Part shown: positions 57,880 through 64,000 of the stretch, one piece after another | Layout of the letters: every line of letters begins with the position of its first letter | Position numbering within the stretch: the first letter of the stretch is position 1 | Assembly (NCBI GenBank): GCA_965198225.1 | Contig: CBDAOY010000008.1 | Location: 192,001-256,000 of the forward strand | Source of the DNA: Terriglobia bacterium | Lineage (GTDB): Bacteria > Acidobacteriota > Terriglobia > 20CM-2-55-15 | Direction of reading: 5' to 3' | DNA length: 64,000 nucleotides | The notes under the pieces: generated by a model | What the model was told of the DNA's origin: nothing | Database searches by the model: none | Seen by the model: the letters and a program-made list of their open reading frames with translations, nothing else | Program-made: the position numbers and the translations under genes

Positions 57880-60800
57880 TTAGAACTTGTACTGCAGCAC
57901 GATCTGGTACGAGCGCGGAGGCTGCAGGTTCCGGAACCGCGAGAAGTTCGATGGAGACTCGGTCCGGCTCCCGTTGCGTGCAAACTGATAGTGACGCGAG
58001 CCGTTGAATGCGTTCAGGATGTTCAACGCCACCTGCAGCTTCTGGGTGTCGCCGAAGTTGAAGTCTCTCCCGATCTTGATGCTCAGGTTCTGGACCGCCG
58101 GCGCATTGAGCTGGTGGCTCCGCGTCGCCGCGATGTTCTGCTCTACCTCGGGTAACACAGCATCGATCGGGACCGCATCCGTGAAGTAACGCGTACTTGT
58201 CCGCAGCGGGTTCGAGAAGCGGAGCCCGTTCGGCGACGTGAAACTGGACGGTCCGAATACCGCCCGCTCCGCGCTGCTCGCCCTGCGGCGTACGGTTCCC
58301 GACCATGCCCCGTCGTGCTGGGTGTAGGAAGAAGACACCACGATGCCTGCAGGTGCGTTGTAGGTTCCCGCCAGGCTCATGGAGTACTTGCCCCAGATCG
58401 TACTCCCACCGGTCGGGGTTTGGTCGTCGTTGTTGCCACGGGTGTCCTGGAGCGAATTGTGGTTCTCGAACGCTTCAGGCTGGATGAACTTGGAATAGGA
58501 AGTCGGATTCCACGAGCCGCCTTCCCAGTGACGCTGCTTGCTGAACGTCGCCAGGATCATGTAGTTGTTGCTCATGTTCTTCGTGACGACGAAATCCACA
58601 GCCTGCAGGTTCATCCGGCTCCACGTGTTGTTCGTCATTCGCCGGACAACCCCGCGTTCCACATCGCCCAGTTCGGAAGTCAGGTTGCCGACCTTTCCGA
58701 AGCCGATGAACGGCAAGCCCGGTCCGGCTGGATAGATACCGTTGATGTCCACCTCGCCGAAGATGTGCTTGACCTGTTTCTGGATCGCGGAAATGTCGAT
58801 GCTGAACTGCCCCGGAAACTGGTGCCGGAAACCGAGGATGAACTCGTCGGTGAACGGCTGGTGCAGATCCGGATCGAACCGCTTCGCCGCCACCGAGTTG
58901 TCCGTCGCGGGAGAGTCTCTCCGCGTCTCGAAAACACCGTCACCATCGTTGTCGTAGAGGGTGAAGGAGGCCGAACCGGCCGCACCGATGTACCGGGTCA
59001 CGTTGTCACGGCCGGTCATCGCCTGGTGCTGCCGCTTGACACTGAGACGGAACACGTCGTTCCCGCTGGAGCCGATCATCCACGACAAGCCAAAATTCGG
59101 CTGCCATTCCGTGCTGTCCTGCCGTGTGATGTTGAAGATCTCGTCCTTGCGATTGACGAAATCCACACGCACGCCCAGGTTCAGCGTGAGTCGCTGGGTC
59201 GGCTGCCAGCTGTCCTGTATGTAGAGGCCCAGGTCGCTCTCACGGGACGCAAACTCGGTGATGTTCTGCTGGACCTCGAAGCTACGCGAGAACGGAATCG
59301 TTCCCGAGGTCAGATCATCCGGATCCACCAGGCGATGGTCTTCGTTGGTGAACCCGCCGTTGCTGTACTCCCGGGTCACGTCGAATCGATTCCGCGGAGA
59401 GGTGTAGAGTCCCCATTTAAACTCGTGCGATCCCCCTCCTCCCTGCTTGAAATATGCGAAGTCCGCCTTGAATTCCATCCGTGACGCCGGCTGGAAGAAC
59501 CGGGACGTGCTGTTGCCCATGTCGACGATCCGGCCGCTGCCGCTCAACACGCCGCCCGACAGGCTGGCGTCCCGGTGCACCTCGATCAGCGGCCCCGACA
59601 GGCCTTGCTCGTCCAACCGGTCGTAAGTGCCGGACTGGTTGTTCCCGCTCTTGTTGTTGTAGGAGAACAGGAGCTGGCTGCTGAAAGCGCTCGACCAGAT
59701 CGAGTCGAGCTTGAACGTGTACATCTTGCCGCCCGTGGACGCAAAACGGATCTGGTCCACGTTGTATTCCCGGTTCTGGCCGAAGTTCACCGTGTCGTCC
59801 GACAGCGAAAACAGGAAGCTGTGAGTGTCGTTCAGCTGCGCCGTGGCTTTCGCAAACCACTGCGTCGCCTGTGTTCTGTTGTTGAAAATCTCGGTCAGAC
59901 CGAACGCCTTGAGCTGTTCGATCTCCGGCGACGACCGGCTGATGCCGTTCTCCAGGCGGTTGTGCCGGAAGTTGCCGAAAAACCACAACCGGTCCCTGAC
60001 GATGGGACCGCCGAAGTTCCCGTCATACTGGAACACCTGCTGGATCGTGGGGCTTCCGCCGCTTCCGCCGAGGCGGCTCGCGACCGCAGCGACCTGGGAC
60101 TGGCCGTCATTCCAGCCGTCGCCGTTGCCCTGCATCGTCGCGGTGACCTGCCCGTGGAATTCATTACCACCGTTCGGCGTGACGATGTTGACGTTCAGGC
60201 CGACGCCCATCTCGGTGGATGCATCGGCGCCGCCGGACTTCAGTTCCACGTCGCCGATCGAATCCGTGCTCATGTTGATGAACGTCGGCTGCGCATCATA
60301 GTAAGAAGACGCGTTGGCGCCGTCCATCTTGATGACGTGGGTGAAGTGATGCGCGCCGCGGCCGTAGTAGACCATCCGGCCACTGTTGTCATCGAATGGC
60401 CGCGACATGATGCCCGGCGTCAGTTCGAGTATGTCACTCCAGTTGCGCCGGGCCTGGACCGGAACACTCCGCTGAAACTCGCCGTCCACCAGGACCTGCG
60501 ATTCCGCCGAGATCGTGTCGATCATCGGAGACTCCGATGTCACCGTGATCGTTTCCGTCACCGCGCCCACCTGCATCACGACGTTCACCGTGAACGTGCT
60601 GCCGGCGCGGACGTTGATCCCTTCCTGTCTGAAAGTTGAAAAGCCGGGCAGCTCCCCGGTGAGCGCGTATATTCCGACCGGCAGGTTGATGATCCGGAAA
60701 TAACCGTTTTCGTCGGAAAACACTTGCCGCTCCGCGATCATGCCCGGGCTCGTGGCGGTCACTGTAATGCCCGGCAACACCGCGCCGGACGCGTCTCGAA

Positions 60801-60915
60801 CATAGCCGATCAGACCGCCATCACCCGTCTGGGCGAAAGCGGAAGTTGAGATCAGAAGCGACAATCCCAGAACCAGAGCGATTCGGAACGACCGCCGCTT
60901 CGAAAGGGTCTTCAT
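57880..60915 (-). CDS. TonB-dependent receptor (same family as 1..2208)
   Basis: DASGAVLPG, RRNWSDILE, GGNEFHG, QDSW, LNLGVR and terminal YKF. Start MKTLSK after a GGAGG RBS. Confidence 0.92.
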   Translation of the reverse strand: MKTLSKRRSFRIALVLGLSLLISTSAFAQTGDGGLIGYVRDASGAVLPGITVTATSPGMIAERQVFSDENGYFRIINLPVGIYALTGELPGFSTFRQEGINVRAGSTFTVNVVMQVGAVTETITVTSESPMIDTISAESQVLVDGEFQRSVPVQARRNWSDILELTPGIMSRPFDDNSGRMVYYGRGAHHFTHVIKMDGANASSYYDAQPTFINMSTDSIGDVELKSGGADASTEMGVGLNVNIVTPNGGNEFHGQVTATMQGNGDGWNDGQSQVAAVASRLGGSGGSPTIQQVFQYDGNFGGPIVRDRLWFFGNFRHNRLENGISRSSPEIEQLKAFGLTEIFNNRTQATQWFAKATAQLNDTHSFLFSLSDDTVNFGQNREYNVDQIRFASTGGKMYTFKLDSIWSSAFSSQLLFSYNNKSGNNQSGTYDRLDEQGLSGPLIEVHRDASLSGGVLSGSGRIVDMGNSTSRFFQPASRMEFKADFAYFKQGGGGSHEFKWGLYTSPRNRFDVTREYSNGGFTNEDHRLVDPDDLTSGTIPFSRSFEVQQNITEFASRESDLGLYIQDSWQPTQRLTLNLGVRVDFVNRKDEIFNITRQDSTEWQPNFGLSWMIGSSGNDVFRLSVKRQHQAMTGRDNVTRYIGAAGSASFTLYDNDGDGVFETRRDSPATDNSVAAKRFDPDLHQPFTDEFILGFRHQFPGQFSIDISAIQKQVKHIFGEVDINGIYPAGPGLPFIGFGKVGNLTSELGDVERGVVRRMTNNTWSRMNLQAVDFVVTKNMSNNYMILATFSKQRHWEGGSWNPTSYSKFIQPEAFENHNSLQDTRGNNDDQTPTGGSTIWGKYSMSLAGTYNAPAGIVVSSSYTQHDGAWSGTVRRRASSAERAVFGPSSFTSPNGLRFSNPLRTSTRYFTDAVPIDAVLPEVEQNIAATRSHQLNAPAVQNLSIKIGRDFNFGDTQKLQVALNILNAFNGSRHYQFARNGSRTESPSNFSRFRNLQPPRSYQIVLQYKF

Positions 60916-61086
60916 GATTACCTCCAACAAACTTCCTTTGGACACACCTCCTGTGAGTGCCAAATGGTTATGGGAATCTAACGTAGGTCATCCTGCTGCT
61001 GCGGCGGCTCCTGTCCGTCCGGAGACCGATTCCCGGTACCCACTCAGTCGTGGCAAAAGAGATAGTTTCTACTCAATGCTTATATG

Positions 61087-61745
61087 CCAGGATTATACGA
61101 CCCGTCAATTTATTTGACCAGCAGCCCCCCCCCCCCCCCGCAAACGGTCTTCTCGCAGAGGTGTAAAAGCAGTATTTTCAGTGGGTTAGCTCTGGATGCG
61201 CGCTGACCCGGGCCGGTTTGGTTGCGTTAGAGACTCGCGGGAGGTGCGAACAACCGCTAACGACTTACGAGCAACTGACTACTGACTAGCGGTGAAGTCG
61301 CCGCTCCAACAACGTAGCCGTTGCGATAGCTCACCGGGCGCGTCGACTACAAGTCGGCGACGCTCATTCTTTCTTCGTCCCAGCAGCTGAATCAAGTCAC
61401 TTCTCCTCCAACAGTTCCTGTACGTAATGCGGTGAAGACCCAGACTGGATCTGCTCTCGGCTTACGTCGCACATCTTCCAGACTACGCGCCGGGTTTTTA
61501 ATTCAATGAACTCCGGAAGGATCCTAATCACCGTTCTATGCTACTTCTACACCACACTTTTGAGGGTGATCCCAGGATTATACGACCCGTCAATTTATTT
61601 GACCCCCCCCCCCCCCGCAAACGGTCTTCTCGCAGAGGTGTAAAAGCAGTATGTTCTAGATCTGGATGCGCGCTGACGTTAGAGACTCGCGGGAGGGTGC
61701 GAACAACCGCTAACGACTTACGAGCAACTGACTACTGACTACTGA
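61087..61745. repeat. Direct repeat of about 170-200 bp (61087-61288 and 61572-61745) containing poly-C and a promoter-like motif
   Basis: CCAGGATTATACGACCCGTCAATTTATTTGAC..C15/C14..GCAAACGGTCTTCTCGCAGAGGTGTAAAAGCAGTAT...AACCGCTAACGACTTACGAGCAACTGACTACTGACT appears twice. Confidence 0.9.
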
Positions 61746-61752
61746 CTACCGA

Positions 61753-62679
61753 CTACTGCCCCCCCTTTCTCAACACGAATTTCCTGAGGCTGGAGGTGCG
61801 GTTCGACGCCACGTAGACGTTACCCATCGGGTCGACTTCGATCCCGTGTGCGCCCTCGGCCCCTTCGATCACGTCGATCAGTTTTCCGTTCAAATCGGCT
61901 ATGGCGACCCGATGCAGTACGCCGTCCGCGATGAAAACTTTGCCTTCCCAGATAGCCAGACCGTACGGCCGGCCCAGGTCGGTCCATTGTTCGAGGAAGT
62001 TTCCTCGAGCGTCGAAAACCTGCACTCGATCGTTCTGCCGGTCGGCGACGAGCACGCGTCCATCGGGGTCGAGAGCGACTGAATGCGGCAGGTTGAACTG
62101 TCCGGGATCCTCGCCCCTGGTCCCCCAGCTCCGGATGAACGTACCGTCCTTCGAGAACTGGGCGACCCGGGAGTTGCCGTAGCCATCGGACACATAGAAA
62201 TCCCCGTTGGGTGCAACGGCGACATCGGTCGGCCGGTTAAACGTGTCGGGGCCATCGCCGGCGACGTCATACTTCCCGAGCGTCATCAAAAGTCGTCCGT
62301 CGGCGCTGAACTTCTTGACCTGATGGCCCTGCCCGTCGGTCGCCCAGATGTTGCCCGAGTGGTCGACCCTCAAACCGTGAGTCCACTTGGCTATTCCCTC
62401 GCCCCAGGACCGGAGAAACTTACCGTTGTTATCGAAGCTGAATATCGGTCCCTCACGTCGGAAGGCGTGGACGAAACCGCGCTCATCGATCGCGACCCAG
62501 GAGACGGCTCCCCATTCCGAACCGTCCGGAAGCTCGGCCCAGTTCTCGTCCAGTTCGTAGTTTCCGCTGGGCGGCACGGTCGCGGCGGACAGCAGGGTGG
62601 GCTGCCTTTGGCCACCGGCCGGGGTAGAGAGCAGGGTCAAGGTCATCATCAGGACACAAAAAACCCGTACACTCCGCAT
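61753..62679 (-). CDS. Exported NHL-repeat beta-propeller, peptidyl-alpha-hydroxyglycine alpha-amidating lyase (PAL)-like
   Basis: HGLRVD, FNRPTDVAV, SDGYGNSRV, FNLPHSVA and ADRQNDRVQVF. Confidence 0.85.
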   Translation of the reverse strand: MRSVRVFCVLMMTLTLLSTPAGGQRQPTLLSAATVPPSGNYELDENWAELPDGSEWGAVSWVAIDERGFVHAFRREGPIFSFDNNGKFLRSWGEGIAKWTHGLRVDHSGNIWATDGQGHQVKKFSADGRLLMTLGKYDVAGDGPDTFNRPTDVAVAPNGDFYVSDGYGNSRVAQFSKDGTFIRSWGTRGEDPGQFNLPHSVALDPDGRVLVADRQNDRVQVFDARGNFLEQWTDLGRPYGLAIWEGKVFIADGVLHRVAIADLNGKLIDVIEGAEGAHGIEVDPMGNVYVASNRTSSLRKFVLRKGGQ

Positions 62680-62789
62680 GCAAAGACCTCCCTTACGAGA
62701 AAGTTGGCTCGATTCTATCCGCACCGCGAGCGATTCCCTACGTAATTGAAACAGGTAAAGTGGACCTTGGAGTGGGTCTGCTCCTTCGC

Positions 62790-63335
62790 CTACGGGGAGA
62801 CTTCCATCCGTTCATCGTCGGGCATGTAGAGCCGGAGCCAGCGGATCTTGCCCTCCTGGATCTGGAAGAAGGCTGCGCCGGGAGACATCCAGCGCTTCGA
62901 TGTCTCACGATCGTTGTAGGCCCCGATCAGTTCGACTGCCACCGATGTTCCGCCCCAGGGCCCCTCAGTAATATGGAACAACTGTACCGCCTCTTCGTTC
63001 GCGGTCACTGCCCGGACGCGGAATTCGATGTTCGTGTTCGCGTTGGCAAAGTCCGAGGTGAACTTTCGGATCGCGCTATGCCCCTCGTAGAGTACCGTCC
63101 CGATCTGCCGGGGGTTCGGTCCGACCTGGTGATAGGCATCCCGAAGATACAACCCGACCACGCTTTCGGTGGCTTCGGCAGAACCATCCAGAGCATTCCA
63201 GGCGGCCAGCCAGTCCCGAACGACGGCTATCGGATCCTGGCCCGTTTCCTGATTCTGGTTGTCTTGGGCGCCGACCTCAGCTGCAGGCGCGATCGCGACC
63301 ACCAGCGCGGCGACGAGGGGTAGGAATCTTCGCAC
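62790..63335 (-). CDS. Exported NTF2/SnoaL-like protein
   Basis: Signal peptide from GTG 63335; VVRDWLAAWNA, YEGHSAIR and FFQIQEGKI. Confidence 0.7.
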   Translation of the reverse strand: MRRFLPLVAALVVAIAPAAEVGAQDNQNQETGQDPIAVVRDWLAAWNALDGSAEATESVVGLYLRDAYHQVGPNPRQIGTVLYEGHSAIRKFTSDFANANTNIEFRVRAVTANEEAVQLFHITEGPWGGTSVAVELIGAYNDRETSKRWMSPGAAFFQIQEGKIRWLRLYMPDDERMEVSP

Positions 63336-63520
63336 TTGTAATTCTCCCGACGAGTGGATCTTGACCGTGGCGAGTTTGGCCGAGCACTCCCTTGCTTGGG
63401 GGGGGCCGCTATCGTTGCGAGCAAACCTCGTCCCGCTCACGGGAAGCGGAGAAGCGCGCCGGCCAGTTTCGAATATCGGGGAGCATTTCTCCGATCGATT
63501 TCAACTGCGAAAACCGAATT

Positions 63521-64000
63521 CTATTTCTCTCTTGGCGCTTTGACAAATTGCCCTGTGACGGGATCGTACTTGCGGCCCTTGATGATGCCCAGGATTTCTT
63601 CATCATCCACCTGGATCGGTTCCGGAGCTCCCAACTTTTGCAGGAGAGCGATCGTTTCAGGGTGTTTCCTGGGAACGCTGCTAACCAGAGACGGACCATT
63701 TGCCATGTCCGTCACCGCCCAGCCAAGCTTGGTCCTGACGTCGACCCGGGAACCTCTGTCGACCAGGTATTGGACGAGTTCACTGTCTCCTCTCCACGCC
63801 GCGCCCATCAACGCTGTAAAACCGCCCTCATCGGACGCGACGTTGACGTCGAGTCCCAGCTGCTCGACCAGATACCTGACGGTCTCCAGGAAACCGTCCG
63901 GCGCATTGACCGAGTTTTCTCCCGCCCAGCCGATTCCCGCGGCGACCGCCAGCGGCGTCAAATTGTCGTCCGACGGAATCTTCGGGTCGGCGCCATAGGC
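63521..64000 (-). CDS. Ankyrin-repeat protein, C-terminal part (module copy 3, partial)
   Basis: TALMGAAWRG, GWAVTDMANGP, KHPETIALL and DDEEILGIIK are shared with copies 1 and 2. Confidence 0.88.
   Translation of the reverse strand, partial: AYGADPKIPSDDNLTPLAVAAGIGWAGENSVNAPDGFLETVRYLVEQLGLDVNVASDEGGFTALMGAAWRGDSELVQYLVDRGSRVDVRTKLGWAVTDMANGPSLVSSVPRKHPETIALLQKLGAPEPIQVDDEEILGIIKGRKYDPVTGQFVKAPREK

Noticed and set aside
61290-61400. Short minus-strand ORF with RKNERRRLVVDAPG resembling a PilZ N-terminus
   Set aside because: About 38 codons, no complete RxxxR or DxSxxG motif; too weak to call.

Overview
GC-rich bacterial window. The gene content (many carboxypeptidase-regulatory-domain TonB-dependent receptors, PSD/PSCyt DUF1592 + DUF1552 + ankyrin modules, multiheme-TPR protein) points to Acidobacteriota; this taxonomy is an inference. 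Four main elements: (1) A complete dissimilatory-type sulfur operon sat-aprBA-qmoABC, extended by a HIT hydrolase and a TauE-type exporter, faces a DASS/SLC13 symporter across two abutting IS elements. (2) Organosulfonate/sulfite genes occur elsewhere in the window (suyAB-like sulfolactate sulfo-lyase, Tat-exported sulfite-oxidase-family molybdoenzyme) with no dsrAB, which suggests a sulfonate-to-sulfite-to-sulfate route. (3) Two complete copies and one partial copy of an uncharacterised periplasmic three-gene module (dihaem PSD protein, Tat HxxSHH protein, secreted ankyrin protein), plus an analogous pair (Ig-repeat protein with a magnetochrome-like haem motif + Tat DUF1501/alkaline-phosphatase-like protein). 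(4) Six TonB receptor genes in paralogous families and a rich non-coding layer: GTAG-type REP/REPIN arrays, a CTAG-flanked MITE, a second palindromic repeat family, a duplicated promoter block with poly-C, and two candidate structured leader RNAs. No rRNA, tRNA or CRISPR-Cas seen. All assignments come from reading motifs by eye; no database searches were run.
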